A DNA stretch of 54,567 bases from a virus (lineage: Duplodnaviria > Caudoviricetes), in the IMG/VR virus record IMGVR_UViG_3300025326_000042, positions 1 through 54,567 of that record. One strand, given 5' to 3'. The notes beneath the pieces are model-generated. The model had not been told where the DNA came from, searched no databases, and saw only the letters and a list, made by a program, of their open reading frames with translations. The position numbers and the translations under genes were made by a program. Shown one piece after another: positions 37,088 through 47,052 of this stretch. Numbering within the stretch: position 1 is the first letter of the stretch; each line of letters starts with the position of its first letter.

Positions 37088-38170
37088 TTACAGAGCTTCG
37101 AGCGCCTGACGCATCCGAGCTTCGAAGGTGTAAGGCTTCACGGCTTCGTGTTGCGCCTGCGCCAGCTCCTCTCGACGCACAGGATCATCCAAATGTCTCC
37201 GTAGCAGCAGACCTAACTCGTCCGGCGTCCTGTACGTCGGCACGGAGTCACCAAAAACCTCTCGCAGTTCTGCCCTCCCTTCATCACATACCTGAAATGT
37301 TCCGCACGCTGCAAGCTCATAGCAGCGGGGCGCGATACTGTACGCTTCGAGATTCTCGTTCGGCACAGCGCCAAGAATGCCGCGCTCGCCTCGCTGGATC
37401 GCTCGCATCAGCCTCTCACCTGTGATAGAGTCGTTTCGATGGAATTGCACTCCTATCCTCGAACGATGGTAGAGCCTCGTCGTCGCGTCGTTCAGCAATA
37501 CGCCACCTCGGACGAACTTCCGCAGCGGTGACATGTTCCCTAACGGCGTGATGCCATAGAGATGCATGTCGATGCCATCCCAGTTGACCTGCTCCAAAAA
37601 CTTGACGCGGCTCGGGAACAGGGTCATAACAAGCGACACGTCGATGTCCGGCTTCATGCCATTCGCAGGAGGGTAGTGGAGCGCGGGGTCGTAGGCGTGG
37701 CCGACGTAGAAGCTATGGGAGTTCTTCTCCAAGAACGCTGGGAGCGAGATGTTATCGCAGATGAAGGCGTAGTCGCACAGCTCAGCGAACTTCAGTTGCC
37801 AGGAGTCATCGTCGTATGGGCATTCTGTGAAGTAGATCGCCGTCTTGATGCCCAGCTTGCGGAGCGACTGCAAGACCTTCAGCGTCGTAGGTGACACATG
37901 CATAGGCGCGACGAGCCAGACAAGATCGACCTCCAACACGAGTGCCGCCATGACGATTCTGTCTCCCGCCATGAGGTTCACATCAACGGAGCCAAACCGC
38001 GAACGCCCCGTGCAGACCATCATCTCCGAGAAGTCGGCAAACGCTTGCCAGACCTTGCCGTACTCCATCCTCGTGACTTCGCAGCCAAGCTGCTCAAACC
38101 CCGCACATTGACCTCGCCAGACATCGCGTGTGGCGTATTCAGGAATGGGAGAGACAGCAAGGATTTTCAC
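37088..38170 (-). CDS. CgeB-like glycosyltransferase (GT-B)
   Basis: TECPY, HAYDP..H, R.YE.AACG.FQV, terminal TF..R. Confidence 0.85.
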   Translation of the reverse strand: MKILAVSPIPEYATRDVWRGQCAGFEQLGCEVTRMEYGKVWQAFADFSEMMVCTGRSRFGSVDVNLMAGDRIVMAALVLEVDLVWLVAPMHVSPTTLKVLQSLRKLGIKTAIYFTECPYDDDSWQLKFAELCDYAFICDNISLPAFLEKNSHSFYVGHAYDPALHYPPANGMKPDIDVSLVMTLFPSRVKFLEQVNWDGIDMHLYGITPLGNMSPLRKFVRGGVLLNDATTRLYHRSRIGVQFHRNDSITGERLMRAIQRGERGILGAVPNENLEAYSIAPRCYELAACGTFQVCDEGRAELREVFGDSVPTYRTPDELGLLLRRHLDDPVRREELAQAQHEAVKPYTFEARMRQALEAL

Positions 38171-38178
38171 AATTTCTC

Positions 38179-38703
38179 CTAGTTAATGCCTACAGCCACG
38201 ATCTCCATTGGGCTATATCGGATATTTGCTTTGCTCAGGCCCGCTCGCCAGCCGAGATCGTGCGCTCTATTGCTACGCCGCTCTCTACGAGCCGAGATTT
38301 GCCTGAACCCAGCCATCGTCATACACTGGATGAGGCGCCAGGGTGTGAAGCCGGTCTTATGATACTGGCCTTCATCCTCCTGACTGCCGTAGAGCGTATA
38401 GAGAACGATGCCCCAACGCTCCTCTTGTGAGCGAGCCGTTGCGAATTTCCGGCACGTCCAAAGCAAGTCCGGCACCCAGACTTCGAGACAGCCTTCCGGC
38501 TTTAGAGCGCGTCGCATCTCTTTCAGAGCGGGCACCACGTCGCTGTTCGGCAGGTGCTCAAGCACGTGCGAGGCGTACACTTCGTCGAGACCCCTGAATG
38601 GAAGCGCTCGAATGTCGGCGAGCACATCCGGGCGATGCATGACATCCACCTGGATGTAACCTTCTCGCGGCGTCGTGTTGCCACCGATCTCGATGCGGTT
38701 CAT
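38179..38703 (-). CDS. class I SAM-dependent methyltransferase
   Basis: IEIGG, ADIR.LPF, SHVLEH, R.LKP.G...V.VPD, H..GFT. Confidence 0.88.
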   Translation of the reverse strand: MNRIEIGGNTTPREGYIQVDVMHRPDVLADIRALPFRGLDEVYASHVLEHLPNSDVVPALKEMRRALKPEGCLEVWVPDLLWTCRKFATARSQEERWGIVLYTLYGSQEDEGQYHKTGFTPWRLIQCMTMAGFRQISARRERRSNRAHDLGWRAGLSKANIRYSPMEIVAVGIN

Positions 38704-39125
38704 GCGTTCACCCGCTCTTCGATCTCGACATCTATCCACTCGTGCAGGAAGACGACATTGCCTATCCTGACTTCTTCGTCTTCTCGCTCACCACGTACAG
38801 GCATCGAGTCAAGAGCTGTGGCGCCCAACGTCGGGTTTTGCAAGATGCGAGTGACGATCTCGTCTCGCCTATCCCTGAGCGCGTTGTTCGCTCCATCATC
38901 GTCCGTATAACGAGCGTAGAGGTTAATTCTGGCTGTCCAGACGAAGAGCGTATCGACATCTGACGAGTCTCGCACCGCTCTGAAGCCGTTATACTCGATG
39001 ACTGCGGCATGGGGATGCCCGTAGCCGAGGATGAGAAAGTTGCCTTGAGAGACTTGATCATCGTCGAACGCCGAGAGTGCTTTGATCTGCGTGGCGAGGC
39101 CAGTCTCGACTGTCTCATAGCTCAT
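38700..39125 (-). CDS. tail terminator / neck protein
   Basis: 141 aa, 'NPTLG'; between adaptor and tail tube. Confidence 0.65.
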   Translation of the reverse strand: MSYETVETGLATQIKALSAFDDDQVSQGNFLILGYGHPHAAVIEYNGFRAVRDSSDVDTLFVWTARINLYARYTDDDGANNALRDRRDEIVTRILQNPTLGATALDSMPVRGEREDEEVRIGNVVFLHEWIDVEIEERVNA

Positions 39126-39682
39126 GGCAACACCGTCCCGGAGTCGTCGATGATCCTACCGATTCTAGGATCTCTACCGAAGCCGCGCTTGAACCTCGAC
39201 TGCACGGCGTCTGAATCGTCGTAGACCGTAAGTTTCCTGGCTCTGCTGACCCCGCCGACCCCCACATACTCGGAGAGATCGACAGACCTGGTGACGCCCA
39301 AGACGGACAACGCATCCGACGCAAGCATCGTAACGCCCTTGTCGTACAGATCACGATATGCCTCATAACGCTCATTCGGCTCTCCACGCCCCGTGACCGG
39401 ATGAGCCATCTCGATCTGCATCACTGCGCCATAGACATTCAGCCGCTCCAAGAATGAGAGCGCCGCAGTCGCCGATGCGGGGACGGTGACGCTATAGCCT
39501 TCTTTCGTAAGCTCCATCTGGAGGCCGTAGTAGGCTTCGTCGATCCACTGCTCGACACGACCCAGTGGCGGCGTGCCAGTGGCCGAGAATGTGCCTCCAA
39601 CAGTCAGGTGGCGGCAGTGTGCTTCGACTGACTTGATCACAGAGGTGCCCGCTTGTACTTCGTATGCCGAGTAGGGAGCCAT
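39122..39682 (-). CDS. head-tail adaptor protein
   Basis: 'TPP...VEQWI.EA...L...GY..P' pattern and position. Confidence 0.65.
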   Translation of the reverse strand: MAPYSAYEVQAGTSVIKSVEAHCRHLTVGGTFSATGTPPLGRVEQWIDEAYYGLQMELTKEGYSVTVPASATAALSFLERLNVYGAVMQIEMAHPVTGRGEPNERYEAYRDLYDKGVTMLASDALSVLGVTRSVDLSEYVGVGGVSRARKLTVYDDSDAVQSRFKRGFGRDPRIGRIIDDSGTVLP

Positions 39683-40981
39683 CTACGTTCGCACTCCTAC
39701 TTCCGTCAGGGCTTGTATGGGCTCAGGCGGAAGAAGCGTCAGCTTAGCAGGACGCCGTAGCGTCTTGACTTGCACACGCTCCCACAGCCAGTCGATGAAT
39801 GGGTACCACATGTCTTTGACGAGGTGCTCCCAGTCGTACTGCATAGCGAACTCTCGCGCCCGCTGCTGCTTCGACTCGCGCAAATCCGCGTTGTGTAGAG
39901 TGCGGTATGCATCCTCCATCGCAAAGATGAGCGCATCGACATCGGCATAGGCTTGGAACGCCTGAAGCAGCGTAGGGATCTTCTTGCCCACGCGCACCAG
40001 CCAGCCGGAGCCACACAGCTCAGCGCACGCTGTCCAGTCTGTCGTAATCACCGGCACGGCACATGCTTGCGCCTCGATGAGAGGGATGCCAAACCCCTCT
40101 CCCATGCTGGGCAAGCAGAATACGTCCATCGCGTTGTAGAACCTGCACATCTCGCGGGGCGAGAACCCAGTGAGGTTGACATATGGGCGCGAGAAGCGCA
40201 CGAAGTCGTCGATGCCATACAGCTTTGCGAGCGCTGAAAGGTTCATCCCGCTGTAGCGTGTGTCGATCATCTCCGTGTGCGCGACGAGACGAGCTTCAGG
40301 ATGTTTGTCATGGAAGACGGCGAATGCCTCGAACAGCTCCGGGTAGCCTTTTCGAGACGGCCAGCCCGCGTTCCTCGCAACCGTGCCGACCAAGAAGACA
40401 TCAGGCTCAAACTCAAGCCACTTCTTCGCCTGAATCTTTCCACCCCTGTCATAAGGCTTGAAGATACTCGTCTCGACCCCATGCGGGATATAGTGATAGT
40501 CGAGACCCGCTTCGGCAAAAAGCCCAGCGGCGTGCTTGCTGTACGCGACCGGGTGATACGTCTGCCGCAGCCTATCGAGCACCTGTGGAGGGATCGTCTC
40601 GTGGTCGATTGGCGCGTAGGGCACCCATAAGAAGCCTCCGTGTCCGTAGTCTTGCTTGAGCACCCATACGTCCATGAGTGTGATAATCACGTCTGCATCG
40701 AAGTGCCTGGCGTGCTCCCACACGACATCGTTCCCCCAGCCGTCAGACCCGCTGACTGGATAGTGCGCCATCATCCTGCTCTGGACACCAGGGATGTTCT
40801 CGCCGACCGGCAGTACGCAGATACCTCCTGCGATACCGTAATAGCCGAAGATGCCGATCTCTTCGACATTCGGGTGCTGCGCCAGACGGGGGAGCAGGCT
40901 ATTCGCCTGCACGCCATAGCCGGAGCCAACGTGGGGGGCGTTTGACTTCCACAGGATACGTAGACCTTTCTTCTTAGCCAT
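39683..40981 (-). CDS. GT4-family glycosyltransferase
   Basis: SGYG, IPHGV, RKG, YNAMDVF.LPSMGEGFGIPLIEAQAC, YDW. Confidence 0.92.
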   Translation of the reverse strand: MAKKKGLRILWKSNAPHVGSGYGVQANSLLPRLAQHPNVEEIGIFGYYGIAGGICVLPVGENIPGVQSRMMAHYPVSGSDGWGNDVVWEHARHFDADVIITLMDVWVLKQDYGHGGFLWVPYAPIDHETIPPQVLDRLRQTYHPVAYSKHAAGLFAEAGLDYHYIPHGVETSIFKPYDRGGKIQAKKWLEFEPDVFLVGTVARNAGWPSRKGYPELFEAFAVFHDKHPEARLVAHTEMIDTRYSGMNLSALAKLYGIDDFVRFSRPYVNLTGFSPREMCRFYNAMDVFCLPSMGEGFGIPLIEAQACAVPVITTDWTACAELCGSGWLVRVGKKIPTLLQAFQAYADVDALIFAMEDAYRTLHNADLRESKQQRAREFAMQYDWEHLVKDMWYPFIDWLWERVQVKTLRRPAKLTLLPPEPIQALTEVGVRT

Positions 40982-40985
40982 AGGA

Positions 40986-41702
40986 TCATCCTCCTGCTAC
41001 TGCCGCTGGTCTAGCCAGCGATGACTTCTGAAGATGCTCACTCCACTTCTTGAGGAACCACTCGCCACTCCCCATTCGCTTGCCTCGCGTCGCGCTCTCG
41101 ATGTGGATCGCCTTCGCTTCAGCGACGAACCTGACGCGGAAGCCCCCCTGCCACGCTCGTAGGCAGAAATCCACGTCTCCCCATGCAAGCTCGCAGTCAG
41201 AGTCATACCAGCCAATGCGATCCAGCACATCGCGCCGCGTCATCATGAGAGCGCCTGTCACGCAGTCTACGTCTTGTGAGATGAACTCCCGCAGGGGCTC
41301 ATGATGTGCGATGTGAGCAGCGCCAATGCTAACTTGTCTGCCCAGAACTCCCATCACTGGAACCACTCTTACAACTGCGCCCGCGTGCTGGACGGTCTGC
41401 TCATCGGGGTATCGCAAGAGTGCTCCGGCGACACCGACCGACTGATCCTTGAGCGCTCGTTTGAGGTGTTCGAGCGCATCAGGGTCTACGAAGCAGTCAT
41501 CACAACAGAACGCGACGTAGCCTCCTACAGCAGCAGAAATACCCTGGTTAGCGACTGGCCCTGATTTCCATTGGTAGTTGCGGCTAAGGAGGATAATCTC
41601 GTATGGCACCGTGCTCTGTGTGAGGTGCCTAAGCGCCCGCTGGGTTCTCTCTTGAAGCGGGTCTACCGTGCTCATGATGACGGAGATCAGGTCACTAAGC
41701 AT
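40986..41702 (-). CDS. GT2-family glycosyltransferase
   Basis: ISVI, NQG, CDD, QHAG, VTGALMM.RR, DVDFCLRA, HIESATRG. Confidence 0.9.
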   Translation of the reverse strand: MLSDLISVIMSTVDPLQERTQRALRHLTQSTVPYEIILLSRNYQWKSGPVANQGISAAVGGYVAFCCDDCFVDPDALEHLKRALKDQSVGVAGALLRYPDEQTVQHAGAVVRVVPVMGVLGRQVSIGAAHIAHHEPLREFISQDVDCVTGALMMTRRDVLDRIGWYDSDCELAWGDVDFCLRAWQGGFRVRFVAEAKAIHIESATRGKRMGSGEWFLKKWSEHLQKSSLARPAAVAGG

Positions 41703-42810
41703 GGACGCTCTCGTGTCGCTCAACTGTGATGCCATGATCACTCGCCCATGCTCGGATGAGCGATACGACATGTTCCAAGTCAGCTACGCCAAGCCACGGG
41801 CCAACAGGGATGGAAACCTGTCGCTCTGAGAACCTATCGAGACCTGGTAACGACACGCGCCATTCCCGATAGATGTCTTGTAAATCGTTTCGAGAGTGAA
41901 CCATGCTTACCTGGACGCCCTCTCGCTCCATGTATGAGATAAACGCATCTCGTTCAGGCACTAAGATCGTATAGAGCCAGTACGAAGCGCCTGGATCGTA
42001 TGCTGCCGTGAATTCTCGTGGCAAGAACGCATCGTAGTACCGAGCGTTCCACCGCCGTATCTTGACCGATGCGACTGCTTCGGGGAGGTTAGCCAGCCCG
42101 ATGGACGCGGCGATGTCGTTCATCTGGTACTTGAACCCAGGCTCAGGCGCCTGCTGTAAGCATCGCATGGCTGTCGAGTCGCGCCGGTCGAGCCCGTACC
42201 ACCTTAAAAGCCTCGCACGCTCATGCTCGCGTGGGAGAGTTTTGAGCGCTCCTCCGTCGCCAGTCGTCAAGTGCTTGATCGCCTGGAACGACCACGCGAT
42301 GTAGTCCCCCCCTATGAGTCCCAACGGCAAGTCGGCAAGCGACGCTCCAAACGCATGGGCGGCATCTTCGACTATCGGGATATGACGAGGCATCTGCGAG
42401 CGCAGAAGAGGATAATCACAAGGACGCCCAGCCCAGTCCACGCAGATAATAGCTTTCGTCTCAGGCGTGATCTTGGCGAGGACATCATTGAGACAGATGT
42501 TGCCCGTCAGCTCGTCCACGTCAGCCCAGACGATCTTACAGCCCCTGAGAGCCAAGGGCATTGTCGTAGCGAGGCATGTCATCGGCGTGCAGATTACTTC
42601 ATCGCCATGCCCAAATCCGATCAGGTGATAGGCGAGATCGAGTGCCGACGTGCAAGAGTTTGTGCAGAGCACCTGAGCGCCCAAAACCGGCTCTAGTGCT
42701 TTTTCGAACTCGGCGACCCTCGGCCCCTCCCCGATGTAGCCTGAGTGGAGCGTCTCCACAACGCGATCCTCCACGCCCGGAGCCATCATCACTTTGAAGA
42801 GAGGAATCAT
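41695..42810 (-). CDS. DegT/DnrJ/EryC1/StrS sugar aminotransferase
   Basis: NSCTSAL, GDEVI, EDAAHA, SFQAIKHLTTGDGG with the PLP lysine. Confidence 0.95.
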   Translation of the reverse strand: MIPLFKVMMAPGVEDRVVETLHSGYIGEGPRVAEFEKALEPVLGAQVLCTNSCTSALDLAYHLIGFGHGDEVICTPMTCLATTMPLALRGCKIVWADVDELTGNICLNDVLAKITPETKAIICVDWAGRPCDYPLLRSQMPRHIPIVEDAAHAFGASLADLPLGLIGGDYIAWSFQAIKHLTTGDGGALKTLPREHERARLLRWYGLDRRDSTAMRCLQQAPEPGFKYQMNDIAASIGLANLPEAVASVKIRRWNARYYDAFLPREFTAAYDPGASYWLYTILVPERDAFISYMEREGVQVSMVHSRNDLQDIYREWRVSLPGLDRFSERQVSIPVGPWLGVADLEHVVSLIRAWASDHGITVERHESVHA

Positions 42811-43292
42811 CAGAAGTGCTCCTCCGGCTCGACGCGCCAGTTTCCGGGAGCGATGTGTATGTCTCCATGTAAGGCGTTCGCAAGTAGATCATCGGCGATC
42901 TGCATGAACCCGAATCGGTTATAGAGACTGCGTGGTGACGCATGAAGAATCACGAGATCAGCGCTTGGCTGCTCCTCCCGCAACTTGCCCACCGTCGCTT
43001 TGAGAAGCGCTGTCGCATGGCCTCTCCCACGAGACTCGGGCCTCGTCCAGACGCCACCAATGCCTACAGCGCGAAACGTCCTCGTATCGCTCTTCAACAA
43101 CCGAATGAAGATACGTAAGATCGACTGCGGCGCCCCATCGGACGCATCCTCGACTTTGAGGATATATGAGGACGATGGCTTGATGCTCCACTTCCAATGA
43201 GGCTCGCGCATCATACCAGGCCCATACATGAGCGCGTCACCGGGGAGCACGGTGAGCGGAGCGAGGGCTTCCGTGAATGGAGTCACACTCAT
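42810..43292 (-). CDS. GNAT acetyltransferase
   Basis: GIGGVWTRPESRGRGHATALL, LY.RFGF; ATGA-coupled start at 43292. Confidence 0.88.
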   Translation of the reverse strand: MSVTPFTEALAPLTVLPGDALMYGPGMMREPHWKWSIKPSSSYILKVEDASDGAPQSILRIFIRLLKSDTRTFRAVGIGGVWTRPESRGRGHATALLKATVGKLREEQPSADLVILHASPRSLYNRFGFMQIADDLLANALHGDIHIAPGNWRVEPEEHF

Positions 43293-44134
43293 GCTATCGC
43301 CTCCTCGACTACGCGCCAGAACTCTTGCGCCGCGCCAGCGCATTTGTCGATGAGCGCGTCTGGGTCTCCGAAGCTCAGGCAGCCAATCTCGCCAGAGTAT
43401 GACACTTCGAGTCCGAGCGCATACGCGAGCAAGGCTGGAAGTCCAAATGGCACAGGTGTCCTTGGGAAGAAGACGAATTGTGAGTACCGCTGGAAGACAG
43501 CCACAGCCGCATTGTCCCTGAGAGCGATGCCCCCACAACCCTCGATTGTTGGCGTGATCATCCCTATCGGAACACCAAGCCCATAAGCGTGGACGAGCTT
43601 CTCCTCTCGCGCAGACCACCTGATCAGGATGTCGCTGCCATTGTCGGGGTGCCAGGGAGCACACCAGAGCGCGGCATCTACGGGCTCCGATCCATCGCGG
43701 CACATCTCATTACTAGCTGGCATCGGGATAGGCACGATATGGGTATTTGCCTCGATCTGGTAGAGCCTCTGATATCGCTTGGCGTGGAGCGGACTGTAGA
43801 AGACGACGGCACGAGCGCCCTCCAAAAGACGGTTGCGCCATCTGCTCTGCGGCTGCACCGGCTCCCACCAGTCCTGAGCGACATGGACATGGCGGGGATG
43901 GGCTAACAGGCTCTCGAAGACTTGATCTGGGTATCGCTTAATGCCGAACGAGATGATGACATCAGCCTGTTCGATGTCGCCCCGCTCCACGAATCCTGGT
44001 GGGAGCACCTTGTACTCCACTGTCTCAGGTGCGCTCTGCAAGAAGCACTCTATCGCAAACTCTTCCTCAGCTTGCCTCTCAACATACGAGAAGTCCCGCA
44101 ACACGACGACGTGCCGCATTTCTGTCTCTACCAT
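43289..44134 (-). CDS. GT-B fold glycosyltransferase-like protein (degenerate motif)
   Basis: ADVII, QDWW, VFYSPLH, FVFFP...VPFG....LA..LG; SD AGGAGG before ATG 44134. Confidence 0.65.
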   Translation of the reverse strand: MVETEMRHVVVLRDFSYVERQAEEEFAIECFLQSAPETVEYKVLPPGFVERGDIEQADVIISFGIKRYPDQVFESLLAHPRHVHVAQDWWEPVQPQSRWRNRLLEGARAVVFYSPLHAKRYQRLYQIEANTHIVPIPMPASNEMCRDGSEPVDAALWCAPWHPDNGSDILIRWSAREEKLVHAYGLGVPIGMITPTIEGCGGIALRDNAAVAVFQRYSQFVFFPRTPVPFGLPALLAYALGLEVSYSGEIGCLSFGDPDALIDKCAGAAQEFWRVVEEAIA

Positions 44135-44153
44135 AGGATCCTCCTGACATGCA

Positions 44154-44525
44154 CTAGAACCGTTCTTCACGCCCAACGAGTGTGCAGGTGACAGTGCCTC
44201 CCCCTGCGAGCGTCTTGAAACCGAGCACGGCGTCGAGGTCTGCGTAAAGACCCGCGTCTCCGAAGTCAAGGTCGTCTGTGACGCCGTTGGCGGCAACACC
44301 GAAGTAGCCCAGAGTGCCCGCCGCCGCAGCCGTGCCATTCGTGACGGCGATAGTCAATGCCGTCCCCGCCGTCTCTCTGATATTGCCAATCCCCATGAGC
44401 CGGACACGGCGCCCCGCAGGCGGATCCCAGACGGCGGCTATCGTTGTCGAGAGCGCGGTAGGCGCGAGTGGCTTAACGTGCGTTCGTCTAAGATTCCCCA
44501 CCTGCGGACTCCTCTTCGACTCCAC
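44154..44525 (-). CDS. hypothetical virion-associated protein
   Basis: Beta-rich Gly/Ala/Thr composition; downstream of the capsid gene. Confidence 0.6.
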   Translation of the reverse strand: MESKRSPQVGNLRRTHVKPLAPTALSTTIAAVWDPPAGRRVRLMGIGNIRETAGTALTIAVTNGTAAAAGTLGYFGVAANGVTDDLDFGDAGLYADLDAVLGFKTLAGGGTVTCTLVGREERF

Positions 44526-44721
44526 CGGCTACAGCGTCGTCCGACTCGGAGCCTGCGGACTCCTCAGCAGCAACAGGAGCGATGGGCGGCGCAAGCGCCG
44601 CAATCGCCGCTCGCACGGTGGATGTGACAAGCTCGCCTGGAGCGATGCCCGCCTCTTCGCATCGGCGAAGATCGGCATCATCGAGACTGATTCTGAACTC
44701 TTGAAGTCGTGGCCCTGCCAT
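44488..44721 (-). CDS. hypothetical protein
   Basis: SD GGAGG and operon packing. Confidence 0.55.
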   Translation of the reverse strand: MAGPRLQEFRISLDDADLRRCEEAGIAPGELVTSTVRAAIAALAPPIAPVAAEESAGSESDDAVAGGVEEESAGGES

Positions 44722-44735
44722 ACGAATCCTCCCTG

Positions 44736-45044
44736 CTACGTAACGGGTGTTCCCGTAACCGCGCCTCCCGCGGCGGCGAAGTAGAGCTGATAGACGGTGC
44801 CATCGCTATGCCGAAAAGCGACGCACGGAGTCCCCGCGCCGCGCTGCCTCAGAACAATAGCGCCTGCGACGCCGAACAGAGCCGCAGTGCCGATGACTGC
44901 CGTGCTACTATCTACAGCGAGCGTATCCCCCGACAGTGGCCCGATGACTCCGGCAGCAAGGCGCCTCAGCCCACTGTCGGCGTTCGCGCCAATGGTCACG
45001 CTGCCTCCGATATGTAGTCTGCGTCTGATCTTCTCGATGCCCAT
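44736..45044 (-). CDS. hypothetical virion-associated protein
   Basis: SD AGGAGGT; Gly/Ala-rich. Confidence 0.6.
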   Translation of the reverse strand: MGIEKIRRRLHIGGSVTIGANADSGLRRLAAGVIGPLSGDTLAVDSSTAVIGTAALFGVAGAIVLRQRGAGTPCVAFRHSDGTVYQLYFAAAGGAVTGTPVT

Positions 45045-45054
45045 ACGTTACCTC

Positions 45055-45591
45055 CTAGCGGTTTCCGAGAGAGAGACGCACACCGCGAGGCGATTCTTCT
45101 TCGAGCTTACGTTCAGCGGGAGCGCCTTCCGGTTCGAGATCCCAGTCACTTCGGTCTTCGACATCTGGATCGGCACCGGGGTCGCCAACACGAGGCTTGC
45201 GCCCGTCTGGCGCTTGGAGTCCTGTGTCGAGATCGACCTTCGCCATGTCGTGCCTCGCGTATTCCAGATGCGCCTTGTACGGCCCCGACATGACGCTCCC
45301 AGTGAACGTCAGCCCACATGATTCACACCGGCGAGCTTCCATGTGCTCCTGTAACGGAACCACATAGCCGTGCTTGAGGAGCAACTCGTCGTTCCTGAGA
45401 TATTGCCTCCGGACGACTTGCCCAACACGTTCGATTACGTAGTCTCCATACTGCTTCATCCGGCCTGAGTTGACAACCCACAGCCCTACACGACTTTCGA
45501 CACGGCTCTTAGGCGGCGCACCTGGAGCTGGCGATGGCTCGTCAATAGAAGATGCCTCGCGGCGCTTGCGTCTCTTGCGATCTTCTGTCAT
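45055..45591 (-). CDS. hypothetical protein with C2H2-like motif
   Basis: CESC...H.....H; SD AAAGGAGG before ATG 45591. Confidence 0.65.
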   Translation of the reverse strand: MTEDRKRRKRREASSIDEPSPAPGAPPKSRVESRVGLWVVNSGRMKQYGDYVIERVGQVVRRQYLRNDELLLKHGYVVPLQEHMEARRCESCGLTFTGSVMSGPYKAHLEYARHDMAKVDLDTGLQAPDGRKPRVGDPGADPDVEDRSDWDLEPEGAPAERKLEEESPRGVRLSLGNR

Positions 45592-45620
45592 TGGATCGTC
45601 CTCCTTTCTGTTTACTCTAG

Positions 45621-46610
45621 CTAGTCCACACAATCAGCGAAAAAGTATCCGCTTTCTGTCTCTGTGGCCTTCTGGTCAATGTAGCTGAACGCCTCGATCA
45701 CGTCCTTCTTCTCAGGCTCCATGCGATACTTCCTCATGAACTGGACGCCTCCGCCTGTAAGCGGCCTCCAGTAGAACGAGATGCCCGCCGTCGGCGTCAT
45801 CAGACCAGGCGTGGGAGTGGCGAAGAGCAGCAATGCATCGTCGTCGATGACTCGCGCCAATGTCAAAGACGCACCTTCCGCGCTCGACCTGTAGATCGCT
45901 CTGCCGACCAACACCTCTTCGATCTCAAGGATCGAGGCGAGAAGCTGGCGCTGCACAAGAGCGGGCTGGCCGGTCGTTGCGCCGCCCTTGATCCTGTCAA
46001 CGAGGTCTGGGTGATGCTTGAAGCGCCTCCACGGAAGAGCGCCCATGATGAGCTTGTTCGGACGCTGGCCTGTCGCGGCTTCCACAGCGTCCAGCCCATC
46101 TTCCAGATCAGTAAACGGGTCTGAGCCACCGTAGTCCGACCACTTCACAAAGTCTGTCGTCCCCGTCTTGGTCGTCCCCCACACGCTCCCCGCCATGAAG
46201 TCCGCAGCGAATGCTCGCTCACGGCGGATGAGCTGAATCTGCGTCGCCAGGATCGTCGCTTCGCGGTCGAGGTTGAACGGAGCGTCCGCGTTGCCGCGAA
46301 GCTCATCCGGGACCTCGACGCCGATGGCGAAGTTGTCACATCGATACGAGTTGCTGTTGTCGATGCGATACCCAGCGACCGCCGCTCGCGTACCCGGAGC
46401 ACGGAGCAAATGGCGCATCGCCTGCGCGTCTTCAGCGCCCTGGAAGAAGTCGCCTCTCGTGTACACCGCGTACACATCCGACTGCTTATCCACTCCTACA
46501 AGCGGAAAGCACTTGTCCGCAATGAAGAACTCCTCTTTGTTCAGGTGCGCGATGCTAACATTCGTCAGCAGCGCATTAACATGCACATCGCCCACATCTG
46601 GCTGTGGCAT
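45621..46610 (-). CDS. major capsid protein
   Basis: 'DVHVNALLTNVSIA...FIADKCFP.V.V.KQSD.Y', 'G.RPN.LIMG...W...K.HP'; 329 aa, after scaffold and cement genes. Confidence 0.9.
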   Translation of the reverse strand: MPQPDVGDVHVNALLTNVSIAHLNKEEFFIADKCFPLVGVDKQSDVYAVYTRGDFFQGAEDAQAMRHLLRAPGTRAAVAGYRIDNSNSYRCDNFAIGVEVPDELRGNADAPFNLDREATILATQIQLIRRERAFAADFMAGSVWGTTKTGTTDFVKWSDYGGSDPFTDLEDGLDAVEAATGQRPNKLIMGALPWRRFKHHPDLVDRIKGGATTGQPALVQRQLLASILEIEEVLVGRAIYRSSAEGASLTLARVIDDDALLLFATPTPGLMTPTAGISFYWRPLTGGGVQFMRKYRMEPEKKDVIEAFSYIDQKATETESGYFFADCVD

Positions 46611-46637
46611 ATTTCGTTACCTCCCTTCTTCTCTACG

Positions 46638-47027
46638 TTACACCGATGTGCCCGAGAAGCGGTCAGGGTTGACCATCACCTCGAAGAGCACACCGGAGGC
46701 CGCCGCTGGTGTTAGAGCACGCCCTACAACGTAGTCGCCTGCCGTGGTCGTCGGAGAGCCCCGACCTCCAGCGACCGCCGTGATCGCATCACGCTCGGCG
46801 ACCGCAGCGCCCGCTTCGAGCTTGACGATGCTCCCCGAGATGGCGAGTTCTCCCTCTCGGTCAACCGCTGCGGGCTTGTTGAGCAGGACACCTACGAACG
46901 GTGTAGCGGCGTTCACGCCTGCGACCAGCCTTCCGTCGTCATTCTCGATCATGATGCGATGCTGGTTGCTTGACAGGTCTCCGCTCGCGGGCAGTGTGAC
47001 TGACTTGATCAGCCTGTTCAGCGCCAT
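46638..47027 (-). CDS. capsid cement / decoration protein (DUF2190-like)
   Basis: GVL.NKP, G..K.EAG.AV, G.AL..A...G; immediately upstream of the capsid gene. Confidence 0.8.
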   Translation of the reverse strand: MALNRLIKSVTLPASGDLSSNQHRIMIENDDGRLVAGVNAATPFVGVLLNKPAAVDREGELAISGSIVKLEAGAAVAERDAITAVAGGRGSPTTTAGDYVVGRALTPAAASGVLFEVMVNPDRFSGTSV

Positions 47028-47052
47028 CTATGCGTTCCTCCCTTCTTGATCT

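Noticed and set aside
42810-44338. Long N-terminal extensions in the ORF track (43703, 44338, also 13240, 23672, 41771)
   Set aside because: They overlap upstream genes extensively; downstream starts with SD or stop-start coupling fit better.
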